Below are positions 24,601 through 38,700 of a DNA stretch of 64,000 nt, in pieces (position 1 is the first letter of the stretch; each line of letters starts with the position of its first letter). The position numbers and the translations under genes are program-made. The stretch is taken from NCBI GenBank assembly GCA_963924565.1, contig OZ004611.1:27342001-27406000 (forward strand), written 5' to 3'. This DNA comes from Ascidiella aspersa. Its lineage: Eukaryota. The notes below the pieces were generated by a model. The model did not search any database. It worked only from the letters and a program-made list of their open reading frames with translations, and was not told the origin of the DNA.

Positions 24601-27600
24601 ACTTTCAAAGAAAATTAAAACAATTCCTTGTGCCAAAACACGAAAAACGTTTGGACGTTTTCGTTTTTAATGGAGGCTTATGTACACCTTTTAGAATTGC
24701 CATGAAAAGCAGCCACTTTCAAGTGATAAAAAACTAAAGCACACATATAAGAGGTCTTATATAAGTCGATGACTTTCTATAGACCAATGTAGGCTGTCTT
24801 TTCGAAAACCATTAAGCGTCGTCCAATGTCCAACATTGACCATTTTGAAAACGTGCAAGGGTACGAACACGGTGCAACTTTAACTGACGACCCCACCCCA
24901 AAGTTTGCCTTGCAATCAGCCCGTGTTCTCGAGTGTTTGCGACAAACAGCGCTGCTGTGGATTCAGTGTACTGCGCGTTGGGGTATGACGTCAATCCGCT
25001 GATTGGCAACCGCCTTGCGGACGCACCCCGAGCGACTTTGCATGAATTTCATAAATTCCTCTTGTTGACTGCACGTTGTAAGTCCACTTGGGGTTCACAG
25101 GTTTGCCGCCTGCTATGACAAGTTGCAGCAGAAGTCATGGTAATCGGGTCATGTCTGCCTGAATTCTCAAAGTACTGCGGTTAGTTTTGTAAACACGTCA
25201 TTTGTAAAATACCGTAAGTCCAAGTCAAGTCATAATTCGAGCAAAACAATTCTTAGTCAAGTCCTTGTCATAAAAATGGTATGTTCCTGTCCGAAACAGA
25301 GTAATGTTAAAAAAAACGCAATATGGAGCAAGCAAATTGTTTTATGTGCAAAAATTAGTATGAATACGTAAATTTTAGAAAAAACTTAATGAAAATACTT
25401 TTTCACCCTCATTTCTTTGAAAGACTTTGGTCAAGACAAGTCATTTGTCCAAAATACTTTTAAGTCAGGTCAAGTTATTTTGCACAAAAATCAAGTCAAT
25501 TCATTTGAAAACAGTGACTTTCGTGGCATTGTTGTAAGACATTATATTTATTAGAACGTTTCTACATGCTCTTTAGGGTAATCAAGCCGCCAATAATGAC
25601 TCTTCACGTCTTATTTTACTTTTTGCAATAAAATATTTCGAAGGGTTCTTAATGGTAAAATCAATCATATAAAATCATGTTATATGCAACTATTTTTACT
25701 GTACACGATTTCGAGTGGTTGCGTTGAATTGTTTAGTGCGATACGATGCTTTCTAGGAAAACGTTAACCGCGAAACGGCGAAGTTGCGCTTCGCACGACA
25801 GAAAAGCCGCAACCCGTCGTTGCTTGTGGGATAAATCATCTAAAGATTGCGAGTCAAATGTTGACCCACTTGAAAGGGAAAACGTGACTGCGCCGAAAGT
25901 TCAGTCGCAATTTATCCATCGGTGAAAGAGAGAAACGACCTTGCAAACAGTTTCGGTAAATAACACAACAGAGTGCTTTCAGGATAACATGCCAACTTGA
26001 GGTTTTGGTACAATGTTAGTTACAATCGCACCCCATCTGGACAATTATTTAGAGCAGTGCTTCTTAAACGTTTTTAGTTTTGTTCCCCCCTAGCATCTAA
26101 CTTCAGGTTTAATTCACCCTTGTCTCATCATATGATAAAACTATTTTGTCTATATAAGTTATGGAAATGTCAGCGCACTATACAGTAAACAGCACTTCTG
26201 ACAATTGCCAAAACATCGTGACGGGTCGCACATTCTTCAAAAGCATCAATATTTGTAGTTACCCCTACCTTATCTAAATTCAACCAATCGGCAAACTTTA
26301 CGCGATATGACCGACGCCTTCCTTAAAATTGAACCAGACGAGTGTAAACGAGTTAATTTAAGGGGTCTGGCAGAGATAAGGATACTATGCATTTACTCAT
26401 TACACGTTCAAATATCCTCAGGCCGAAAAACAACCCTATGGCTATGACAAACTTTAAAGTCAAAATTACAGGCTAGATTAGCGAATTGAAATGGGACTTT
26501 TTAAAAGTAGCCATTTTTAGTAAAACTGAAAACTGTTCTTACTTTGAACAAATGAAGCACGTTGCTGCAAAATCGTGTCCATTTTAACAATGTAATTTGT
26601 CTTATAACACTGCCTCTTTATCGTATTGTTTGCTTGAAAATTCAACAAAGCTATTCTCTTCAGAAGTTCAATTTATTCTATACAATTTATATAGCAAAAA
26701 TGCCAACTGATTTACAGTTTAATTCAGGCAAATACTGCTATCACTGTAGGACGTTAGATGGATCTTTCAACAAAAAGTTCGCTCGCAGATTTCCCAACGT
26801 CATCCTTTTTTTTGTTTGACAGACGAAAATGCCACCTGGATTGCCGTTTGTGATTTAAAAAACAAACACTGTTACAACCAAAATGAATATGACCATCACC
26901 TACGAATTTAAAGATATCTACTTTTTGATGAAAGTGCCAAAACGATTTTTTCTGTCAAAAATGCCAGCCTCTACACTCTACAGTACCGTTGTTTTGTTGA
27001 CGATTTTCCATACTTAGTCCAATCAGCTTGTCAATTTGACTATTACAAATAGAAATGCCTCCAGATTTGCCGTTCTTATGTCAAATAAGTAAGTGGAGAA
27101 TTCGTTGGCATCGTTTATCTTTGGTACCGTATGCACGGGTCTGCAATGTAGCTCGATATGAATCTCCAAGCCCAAAAAGGTCGAGTAAATGGACACCGTC
27201 TCGATAAAGACGCTTTCGATACGTCACATTTCCTAATGATGATACAAATAGCATTCGTATCGTCACTTTTTATCAAAATGATGTCGATTTAGGCTTTGGG
27301 ATTTATTATCAACTCTTTTTATCTTTGTTTTCTTACATGACGGCAAATCAATACAATTTTTTTTTAAATGTTTAAAAACAGACATAACCAAGACTTCATA
27401 GTCGTATTATAACGATTGTTTTCTTCCAGATTCGCCTACCTAGTAATGGAGTACTGCGGAGGAGGCGAGCTCTTTACGCTGATGAAGGGAATGAAGAAGT
27501 TGGATGACAGCTTTGCGCGCTTCTACACAGCTTGCGTGATAGAGGGTCTCACCTTTCTTCACTCAAGGAACGTCGTCTATAGGGACCTCAAGGTAATGGG

Positions 27601-30520
27601 CAACTATAGTTGTTGTAGCAATAGTAAAATTGTTCTCCTGGCAATATTTTTCAAAAAATGTACCAACGTTTCCATAACCTATACAGGATTTTCCATTGTG
27701 TTTTTCAATGTTGTTTGATTGCCATATATATGTTTTCCCAGTTGCAATATCAGAGTATGTCATTACTTTATGTTAATGCTTATTGATTTAGGTTAATACT
27801 TAAATGTGTTCGGGTTAAATAGGAAACTAAATGTGTGTGGGCTAGACTTGCATGCTATTTCATACTCATTCTTAAAGGTTGAGGTGCAACTAATTGCGTG
27901 TTTACTGAAGTGGTTATTTTACTTCATATTAATACTTAAATGTGAATGTGTCACTGCTTGTTTGTGGGATGCAGTTGTCAGTTTACTTGCTCGTGTGGGT
28001 TATATACTCATTGCTTTTGATACTTTAAAGTTATTTTACTTAAAAACCACTAAACAAGGTTGGTCTACGAAATTCTAAACAAATTCTAAACACAGTTACA
28101 GTATCGCCTATTTCGCAAAGGTTTCCAATGTTAAACAGAAAGCGCTTCAAACATAATATTATAATCATTCTACACTCTTACCTCCCATACAATGCTGATC
28201 AGTATTTACAAAAAAACTATCCTAACTTTAAATTACATCGACACACAATTGTCCACATTAGCAAATTATGTTTTAACACATAAGTAAAAGGTGTTTTTTA
28301 TGAGCTGGGAGCAAATGGGGTAAACTCACTTTTTGCAAAATTTCGAATTCCAAAGCGTCTTATAAGCTACTCCAGCTCTATTACGCCCACAAATGCGTTT
28401 GTAATCCGTTCATTTCCATTTTCAGCCGGAGAACGTGGTGATAGACCGCAGCGGCTACTGCAAGCTTACAGACTTCGGTTTCGCCAAGAAGCTGACGGGC
28501 AGGTCGAGCCTTCGAACTTACACGTTTTGCGGCACGCCGGAATACATGGCGCCTGAGACAATTCTTTACAAGGGTGAGTACTTACTTGGAACTTGATTAC
28601 TTTACATGACTTAAATTTTTTTGGTAACAATGACTTGATTTGAGCGTCGTTTGGATAAATGACTTGACTTGGACTTAAGTCATTGTTGTAAACAACTTGT
28701 TAAAATTAAGTGTTTCTAATGAATTGTTTTATTAAAATTGTGTTATTTATCTCAATTGGTGCACTTGAAACAGTTAGATTGCTATATGTTGTCGTTTTTT
28801 ATTTGAGAATACTTATAATTGGGTTTACCAGTTTTATTAGTTCATTTGCACTTGACTTGCTCTATAAATGGATGGTTAAGATTTTACTTAAACTGGGATT
28901 TTATGTCTATTGTTTGGACTTGGACTTACGTTACAGACTGTTGCACCTTAGACAGCCCAAACGCAATAAGTTATTATAAAATTTGTAAAGAGCCAATATT
29001 CGAGACAAAGAGTCATTAAAGTCGATGGTCTATATATGTGACTTAATCCAGTAGATTCAACAGTTTATTTTTTCTCCAGCTCAAACCCTCAGTGTCGATC
29101 TGTGGGCACTTGGCATCTTCATCTTTGAAATTCTCACCGGAAAAGCTCCGTTCAGGAACAGGAACAGAAAGGATCTTAGCGACCTCATCCTGGCTGGAGT
29201 GGAGTCTCACCTTGAGGTTGGCAGTCCATTATAATCAGCAGTTAAAATACCTTATAAAGTGCATATGTGCCGCTACCTTTTGGTGCCTTTTAAAGTTTTT
29301 CGTGTGAGGCAGTTTTTTGCCAAACTTAATCTATGTCACATGGTAATATTACTAGCTCAAAATAATTATGTAAATTAGGCGTGAACTACAATATAAGTTT
29401 CACAACCAATTTGGGATATAATTATTTCAAACTAATCCCCAGTCTGTAAATTGTAAGTTTAGATTCTGCTTGCTTAAAGTGAAATCCCTGACGGATGACT
29501 GGCTAAGGCTAAGGCTAATCATGGCGTTGTTGGATACTTTTGATTTAAAAAGTGCCTAACCAGTTCACAATGCAAATATATATATATACATGTTTGTATA
29601 TATATAGCTTTTTAGTCCTATAAACCCAAATCATGAAACACCTTTACAGTGTTTATAGTTGACGATCCATTGTCTTGTCTTAAGCGTTGTTGGCAAGCGA
29701 TTTTATTACGCCAATGTATCTAACTGTGGTCTAAGAATGAACCAAAACTCTTTGTACCTAAATTTATGTAAAATTAAAGATGTATGTCCCTAATGCAATG
29801 TTCCTTTACCCTTGGACTTCACACCAATTTAGGACGCAAGAGCGCTGAACAAAATTGGAGAGGAGGCCGGCTCGCTCATCGGACAACTCTGCCAGATCAG
29901 ACCGGAAGAACGACTTGGCGCCGGACGTGACGCAATAAAAGACGTGACGTCACACAATTGGTTCGACGGATTCGATTGGACGGCGCTACGTCTCAGGTAA
30001 ATTATCCATTTGTTCCAGTCAATTTTCGAAATGACGTAGTTTGTTTACTGTAGTTTGACTGGAGTGTAGAGAAAATAACTTGCGTTAACTTATAGGTGTT
30101 GTATTAAAAAACATTCGTAAAAATTGGGTTATTTATCTTTGTTTAACCGTTAGAAAATATTTGCTTGCCATTTGTTAGTCTTGTTGATGTTTCCATTGCG
30201 AATTGTCGGCTGATATAAAATAATTATACTAATTTTAGTTGTTTGTTATCTATTTTTCATGCTGATTGACTGTTTTTGCAAATGACTTGTCTTGAATTTA
30301 AATTATTTTGACAGGACTTGTATACAACACTGCAATATTTCGCTGTCAAAATAATTTTGATTGTCATGATTGGGCTGTCCAAGATAAATATTAAACGAGT
30401 GTTTTTTCATGCAGAACACTAACCCCGCCCTGGAAGCCCAACCTAAAATCAGTTCACGACACTCACTATTTTGATAATGATGCTACTAAGGAGTCAGGCA
30501 AAGAATTCAACAATTTTTAA
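9627..30520 (+). CDS. PRKG: cGMP-dependent protein kinase (PKG)-like AGC kinase, 18 coding exons, ~1011 aa
   Basis: Exons, all GT-AG and phase-consistent, total 3036 nt: 9627-9823, 11438-11789, 12409-12627, 14931-15094, 16533-16686, 17258-17405, 17897-18111, 18679-18831, 19562-19656, 20099-20210, 20894-21150, 22147-22267, 22993-23123, 27430-27592, 28426-28573, 29080-29216, 29833-29996, 30415-30520. Domain order: Ser-rich N-terminus, coiled coil, KRIAV pseudosubstrate-like site, two cNMP-binding-like domains (FYVMAEG..VFGE; [16 protein letters not shown]), kinase ([46 protein letters not shown]), AGC tail ending FNNF. The first three exons are less certain than the rest. Confidence 0.9.
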
Positions 30521-30635
30521 CAACTTTTTCGCCGTTACTTCTATTCGCATTCTTACGCGCCAAAAAAAGAATGTTTCCCGATCACTGTAACATATTTATG
30601 TGGTGAACAAACTTTCATATTTTTACTGCAAAATG

Positions 30636-30641
30636 AATAAA
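30636..30641 (+). promoter_or_regulatory. Candidate polyadenylation signal of the PKG-like gene
   Basis: AATAAA ~115 nt after the TAA at 30518-30520, followed by T/GT-rich sequence. Confidence 0.5.
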
Positions 30642-32731
30642 GTTCCAAACTCTAAAAAAGTCGTTTTTTTAAGAATTTGTTTCGCGTAATTTTTCCGCTG
30701 TCGTGTGTCCATTGTAATGGTTTGTTATTCAACCCAGTACTTCGTTACCTTTTTTAAGGTAAGGCGCCGCACCTGAAACGTCTAAAAGCGTGGTAGGGCA
30801 CCTGGCGAGTAAAGCGAGCGCAAACTATTTTGGGTATACTGGTATTTTCTTCAATATTTTGCTTTATACTTCATTTTTTATTACATTTGGCCTCATAGTG
30901 TATTTTGTTCAAAGCCCGTTTTACCCAATGAGCTAAACCGTAAAAAAAGTAAAAAAATGATAAAACATCTTTATTTATCTTGTTAAATTGTCGCCCTATT
31001 TGCCTGCGGTGCACTGGCAAAGGGCTAATTTAACTTGTTGTTACAATGGCAATTGTAGCCGGTTTTGAAAAGTATATTTAACTTGTTTCACGAATCTGCA
31101 CTTATTAGTTAGTTTTTATAGTGATTTGGAAATTCCCTTTCTTATCCTGTAAAGATTGAGTTTGTATTTCTGCCTAACGTCTTTAGTACTGTAGCTTGTT
31201 TTCATAATAGATTGATTGTATATTAGTTTACCGTATTCCAAACATGTAAAGAGCGTAGTAAAATTGTTGCAATTATAGATTTGCTAGCCAAGAAAAACGA
31301 ACAAACGACGAAAAATAGTTGCCTGTAAGCTTTATACCGTTTAAATCGGGAGTACTTTTATTCTAGTTACGATTTTGTGTTGCCTTTCTATTTAACTTTC
31401 GTTTTTGCTTAATAAAAAAATTCGTATTCCAAACTATTTGCGTCGCAAAAAGGTAAATGTTTATAATATATGCAGGAGGGCTACATGCTGTGTAATAAGG
31501 TGGTGTTCGTAATGTGGATAACACTCTATAACCATATCAACAACTTTAACAATATGCCTCATAGAAATAAAACATTTAGGCGGTCGCAACCCAAAAGAGT
31601 AAAACACAGAAACTAAACCGGCAACTTTTGTTGTATTTATTTACACTACTTTAGACTCGAATGATGGGTCTGCATGGCGACATAAGTGCAAAAAGGTAAA
31701 AAAAGAATAATGGTTACCAACAGAGTATGTACAGCTCAATTCCAACAATGCAGTGATCGTGTGACAAAGGCTACTGTCAAAAAGTTAATGTTTGCCATGG
31801 ACCAGATATGTGTCTGAACTTATCAATTATAAATGTTGTAGCCTTTATTTTAGGTAATATTAATTGAACTTAATCGCGCTTAGAAGGTATACTTTGAAAT
31901 ATCTCCATCAATTGTATCTAGCAGGAGTTCAAACGTTTTGGGTCACCCCCAACATTTATTAAAACTTATGCCCCCCTCTGGATAATATGTTTTTAACGTA
32001 AGAATAACATGGAGGATAACGTCAAGGTTTAAAGCTTTATAAAAAATAAGTGCACCGGTATAGAAAATAAGCGCCTACATTTAAAAATCATGCTTGTCGA
32101 TACATTGATTAAGAACTTCTGGTCTTCAGTAATAGCCTAATCTAAATTGCTATGGGACGTTCCTTACGATAATTTCTAATACACAAACAAAGCATATTTA
32201 TGTATATAAACAATGTTTTGTTCAGGTTGGTTTGAGGGACTAAAACCCTGTTTTCAATTTCTCCAACGAACTTTGAAAAAAAGCTTTTTTCTATAAATAC
32301 ATTCAAAAATTAGCACTTATCTTTACATATCTATTAAAGAGTTGTAATCTCTTTAAACAAAATTAAAGGCCAACATTTATACATAAGCAGTGGTTGCCAA
32401 TCTTGCGTGAAAAAAGCAACAGAAAAACTGACAAAAAAGCTTAACTGTTGGAACATCTTAAGAGAGTATTTATAGATATATTGAAATTCAAAAGATAACT
32501 AGTTAATAATTTAAATTATTATACGCTAGTGGCCCAATAAAAAGAACGTTTGATTACTTTTAAGTAGTGGTTGTCAAATGTTTTTTTAGCATTTCAAGGG
32601 ATTTATAAAACACACCTTTCCAATTACATTAAACAATTACATTAAATAAAGAACTTAAAAATATATATGTATACATAAAGCCTTTATACAAAGTTGAGTA
32701 GAACAGAATGCCCTTGGCTTCACTAACATTT

Positions 32732-35700
32732 TTAAAGTGCAATGTAAACAGAGTCTAGTGCGCTGTACAGAGTGCCAAAGAACAAAGTCAGAATCAAAGG
32801 TGGAAGAAGGTTTGGAGCCGAAGATCCTGATGGTGTGGCAGCTGCAGCAGTGGTTGCCGTCGTAGTGGGCGCTACAGTCGTAGTCGCAATGGCTGAAATG
32901 AGATGAACGGTATAATCAACGAAATAAACGTGAGATGGTTGTGCTTTTAGTTTTATCAGCTCTTGCATTCATTTTGAATTTGATTTTTTGGAAGTCGACT
33001 TCCGCTAGGTCACAGTTTGCTTAGTCATCAATTTTGCTCGTTCCGAGTCATATTGCGCTACTTATGTTTAGCTCAGGGGCCACTAAACTACAGCCCGCTG
33101 GTTTAATTCTTCTGCCCCAGGGAATATTTCCATAAGTCAAATTTCGGTTAATAATTCTTCATTTCAGGAAATGTTGTACCGGTAGGTTGCAAAACTGAGC
33201 TAAATTTTCAAGAATTAAAAAAAACGGTAATTTTATAAAGCTTATACTAGATAGATTTTCAAACGAAACTGTTTTTTTGGTTCCTCCATTTTATGTTATT
33301 TAGGCCAAACAAGGTAAATATATTCAATACTTACAGTTACCCGGCCTGTCATAATTTTTATAGTTGTTCCCCCCGAAAAAAAAAAGTTTGGTTGCCCTCG
33401 GTCTAGTTACTATGTGTTACAAGCTGTGATTTTTAAATAATTCCAATATGCCTAAAAATCAATTTTATTCAGACCCTATATTATTGTTCGTTGTTAGTCC
33501 TTAGGAATATAGGAATGCAAGATAATGCAATAAACATAAATAAAAGAAAGGTATAGACTGGGAGACACTAACATGAACAAAACAGAAACAATATAAATGG
33601 TTGAAAATATTAAACGTATAACAAGCATGTAACAACCTATAATCTTTGTGAGAATAACATTAAATACAATGCGGAAAGTCAAGACAATTGTGTAAGGTAA
33701 AACTGTATTAGGCCTACCTGTACAGCTCGTTCCATCTCCGGTGAACCCTGTTTTGCAAGTGCAAGTGAATGATCCTGGGGTATTGGTGCAATCAGCGTCG
33801 CTATGACAGATGTCAGAAGTCGAGCACTCGTTTATGTCTGGTCAACAAAGTATAACAAATTGCGGCACGTTGTTTAGTTTTATTAAAAATTTTATAAGCT
33901 ACGATATAGGTTTTAAAACTGTACTTTGTTTAGATTTTGGGCGTCACACAACAATATAGGTTTCGTATTCAAACTCAATGGCAGATGTATGTTATAGCCT
34001 ACTTTATTTCCGATAACAGGTGTTTTGGCCCAAAGTAACCTGATAACCAATGACGTCATTAGCAAACCAAACTGTGAAACTTATATGAATATACAGGGTG
34101 TCCATAAAGTCTCTTTAAAATTTAAAAAAATTATTAAAAAGTGAAATGATGAGATAACGCAATGAGGTCTGTTTTATGTTAATCAGTATTTCATAAAGTT
34201 TTAATTGACACATTAAATACACTTCTAAACATTTAATCAACATTTAAAATTTTGCCTGAAACAATAAATTTTAGTGTCAATAAAAACTTTATGAAATACC
34301 GATTAACATAAAACAAACCTCATTGCGATATCTCATCATTTCACTTTTTAATTATATTTTTAAATTGTAAAGAGACTTTATGGACACCCTGTGCTATTTC
34401 TGTCAGGCATTGTTTCAATTGTAAAATTGTTCATTAGGCAATATTTTATTAAATCACCAAGGTTTTGACCAAATATTCGGGCAATCTGCGTCAGGGCAAT
34501 ATTGCAATATATTGCAAGTATAGGCAAAAACATACATACTAGCATTACTAGGACAACAATAACGGGGAAAAAAGAAAATTTAAAGATCAGGCCAAAATGT
34601 GCTTGAAGGTTATGCAGCTCTGTTTTTCCTTCGTTGGCAAAACTTAATAAACGATTGTAACAACCTATAGCCAATCTCGTTGACAATAAAATGATCCACA
34701 AAGCGGAAAGTTAAGACAATTGTGTAATGTAGAACTGTATTACCTGTACAGCTCACTCCGTCTCCAGTAAACCCTGTTTTGCAAGCGCAAGTGAATGATC
34801 CTGCAGTATTGGTGCAATTAGCATCGCTGTGGCAGTTGTGAGCCGAAGTCGAACACTCGTTTATGTCTGGCAAACATAAATGTAAGAAGTTGTACAGTAG
34901 GCATGGCTTTTAGTTTTTTTCTAAATCTTATGAGCTACGAGAGAGGTTTTAAAATCGGGCGTCGGTTAAAATTTCTAACGGCGTTACACAATTTTTAGCT
35001 TTGGATCCAACCTGAATTGCGAGGGTCCGGTGTACTTTAGTCCGATAAAAATACTACTGGAAAAATTACTCGATCTGATAACTATTGACGTCATAAGCAA
35101 AAAAAAACTGTGAAATTTAAACTTTGAAATGTAGTTTTCCTGTATCAGGCCAAAACGTGATTCAAGGTTATGGAGCTCTGTTTCCCTCCGTTGACATTTG
35201 CTTTTAAATCAATTCTTGTAAAATCGAATGCGCTGCGTTGGATTGTAAAATAAGTTTTGAATGCAAAAATAAATGTGGTTGCGAAATGGCCTTGATACCA
35301 CCCTAGTAAAGTATGAAGACATATACCACCCCTTAGGCAGTGTTGTTAATGACTTAGTTCAATAACCTGAATTAAATGCAATTAAGCCAAACTGTTGTCA
35401 AATAACTTGACTTGACTTAAACTTTTGGACGAAATGACTTAACTTGACTAGAGTATTTTGAACAAATGATTTGGGTTAAAATTAAGAGTTTCCTTAAGCA
35501 AACTTGAGCTATTTATCCTACACAGTTTGCTTGCTATGCGTTAGGATTTTCTTATTTTTTTAGTTCAGACATTGCTCATAATCGTACGAGTTTATTAATT
35601 CAAATACTTTAAGGTTTCTTTTTGATGGTCAGGACTTAACTTGAATTTGACCTGTTCAAACTATGACTTGACTAGGACGTGAATTGGGCAACTGATGACT

Positions 35701-38700
35701 TGTACTGGGACTTGTTATTTATTCACAATAACTTCGACTTAAGTTATTTTACAAAATGACTTGACTTTGTTGATTTTCGCGCACCTAAAAAGGAACCTAA
35801 GCTATTTTGAAATGACTTGTTACTGTATTTAGGATTGGATATTGGCTTCTAAGGATATTATTCGACACAGCCTCTAGCTACCTTCGCAGTTGGTTCCGGG
35901 TGGTACAAGGTTTGTAGGTGGGTAGGTTGCCGTGCTGGTATCGGTGTATCCCGACTTGCACTGACAGGTTGCCAGAGATGTTGCAGGACTGGTACAATCG
36001 GCGTTGGCATGACACGGGTGAAGTGAAGTGGTGCACAGGGAGGAAACTTTGAATAAAATAATAAAATTATGCTTTGCTGTTTGAGGAAATAAGTATGCAC
36101 CGCGTCGTATTATTGGTCCAGTGGTTGTTAAACTTTTTTCTTACGACGAATTTAAAAAACGTTTATTGGACTTCCGACGCACCATTATTTATTTTCACGA
36201 AATTCCAAATTTGCACGAAATCCAATTTAGTTATTTGTTTGCTGAAGATAATAATAATCCATTATTGTTATATAAGAAACGGAATTAACATGCGACGCCC
36301 TGGGAAAATTAAAATGCCGCACCAGGGCGTCATGATCATAGTTTAAGAACCTCTTTGTTTTATGTCTCCCGCATAAAAGTGCGCGACAAAATAAACAAAA
36401 CAATATTATTTCGTGCGTTTTCTTAACTGAGTCGTGCTGGTGTATACGCGATTTGCAGAGTATAACAAGATCACTGAAATACTACAAAGAAAACACAGTG
36501 GCTCGATCTGTTGCCATGGCGGAGTGCCACTCAATCGAAAAAACTCGTACAAAAATCTGTATAGTTGACGTAGTCCATGCCAGTTACACAAGATTTGACC
36601 TCGCGAAATTGCAACACAAAGCACAGTCGCTCCCCTATTCCGTTCACCGCCCTTCTCAGATAAAGGGCAAGACAATTTTAGAACAAAATCAATTCCTAAC
36701 GGGAATTCTCCACAAGGTTTCATCACCTGTGGGAAACACACGATTAGTCGCTGAAGCAACATGTAACAAGACGCTGCAATACAAGTGGCTCCGTTTGTTG
36801 TCAGCTATTCCCACATAAAATGGTGCTCTTTATGGAACAGAATAAAGTTTGTCACGGAAATTGGTGAAAACTAAAATCCCCGCAAAATCTGTATTAGGCA
36901 CGAGTCCCTGCAGGTAGAAAAACAAGACAGTGCAATATTTTAACATTGCCAAAACTCTTTGTGTGTTTGACCTTTAGCGTCAGCTATAGAGTCCCCCAGA
37001 AAGTTTAAGAAAAATAACCATCGTTGTGTTCTATAAATATCCCTGGCATTTCACTGACTAAACGTCGTTATTGCTTTAAATTACAACACGGCGAAACCAA
37101 AGTTACGCGATTGGAAAAACTTGCGACACGGTAAACCTGATAGCCACATGTATTACAGTGCCGTCGCACATGCTTTACAATAGGCATACCAAGCCAATGG
37201 TAGCTTTCATTACCTGACAAAGCAGGGGGCGTCTCGAACAAAGCATGTACATTCGATTTACGTAATATCTTTGTTTTTGTTAACAAGAATAGAATAAAAA
37301 ATGTGTAATCCTTTCTAGGTGGTGGTGCAACCCTCGAGTATTTCAACACCCCTATAAAATATATTGTAACAAGATATTGTGTCAAAGCGTTAATAAAATG
37401 CAACTTGTGTAGTTTATTTTTTGGAAGACAAATGTGCTACTTTTGGTGTATTTGGTGGATTTGTATGGTTGCCTTCATAATCCAAAACACCAGAAAACAA
37501 GCACACTGATTTGCGTGCAAAGCACCTTTAACCTTTACAACTAAACTTTTTAAGAGTTAAAAGTTGCAATCTTCTTTGAAGCCACATAACGGGTCTAACA
37601 CAGTCATGGTTCGATCAGTTTTAGTATTTAGCAAATTTAAACCAAAATTACGTTCCTGCTTCATTCAAACCACTATGTCACGCCCTAAATCAGTGTTAAC
37701 AATTGTTTCGTGGCGACCCAAATACGAAGCGTAAAAATAACGGAAGACAATAGCAAAAATAAGGTAGAATTTAATAAATAAAAGTCGTGTCTTGGTATTG
37801 CTTATTAATTATATTATTGGAGAAATTTGCTCCGGACCAATTCTATTGAATCTAACTAGGGATGTCCAATAATATAGGATTGGAGCCGATACACGACCCT
37901 AAGTGATAGTTTCGGTACTTGTCCGATACTAGGTTGGTATCGGTTCCGATCCAAAACCTAATTAACATCGAAATTTAGCCATGATTTTGGATTTAACACA
38001 GTTATTACTACATTGAAATGTAGTATTATCAAAAAACAGTACGTAACAACTTGGTAACTAAACTTCTCAACGCTAAAGCCATTTTGTTCTAATAACCGTG
38101 AAAACTGTGCCGCTGAATTATTCACTTTCATTTCTTTTACTTGTTTTACCAAACATAGTAATGACGTTTTCTGTATCGGAATAAAATGAATTTAAAGGAC
38201 ATACCTAAATCCAACCATATCCAACTGCGGCCCAAATTTCGGGTCGCGACCCATATGTTGAGAAAAAATTTCCCAAATCAAGAGATTGAGTAAGTTGGGC
38301 CAACTACACAGTAACAGTTCTGCACGAGTTCGAACTTAACAAATTTAATCAAACGCCTAGTGTAGTAATGACTTAAGCCAATTACTTGACTCAAGTGCAC
38401 ATAAGTCACTATTTTAAATGACCTGACTTGACTTAGATCTGTTAAACATATGACTGGTGTTGAAATAAATTATTTTCATTCAGCATTTTTTTAAAGTTGG
38501 GTTATTTATCCTAATACTTGCAGGCCTACATAAAACAATTTGATTGTTATACGTTACGGTAAAGATATATTTTACATAAAATTATTGCTCATATTCAGAC
38601 GAGTTTATCAGTTGGACTTTTCTAAAGTTAACTGCCTATAATTATGACTTGACCGGGACTTGACTTCTTGTTATGTTTTCGAAAAGACTAGACTTGGGCT

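Noticed and set aside
26355-27060. TTAA-GGGG start suggestive of a TTAA-targeting DNA transposon
   Set aside because: No matching second terminus could be found by eye.
36406-37403. ORFs of 111-121 aa in intron 2 of gene A
   Set aside because: No motifs, no Cys pattern, no phase-compatible exon found; gene A is complete without them.
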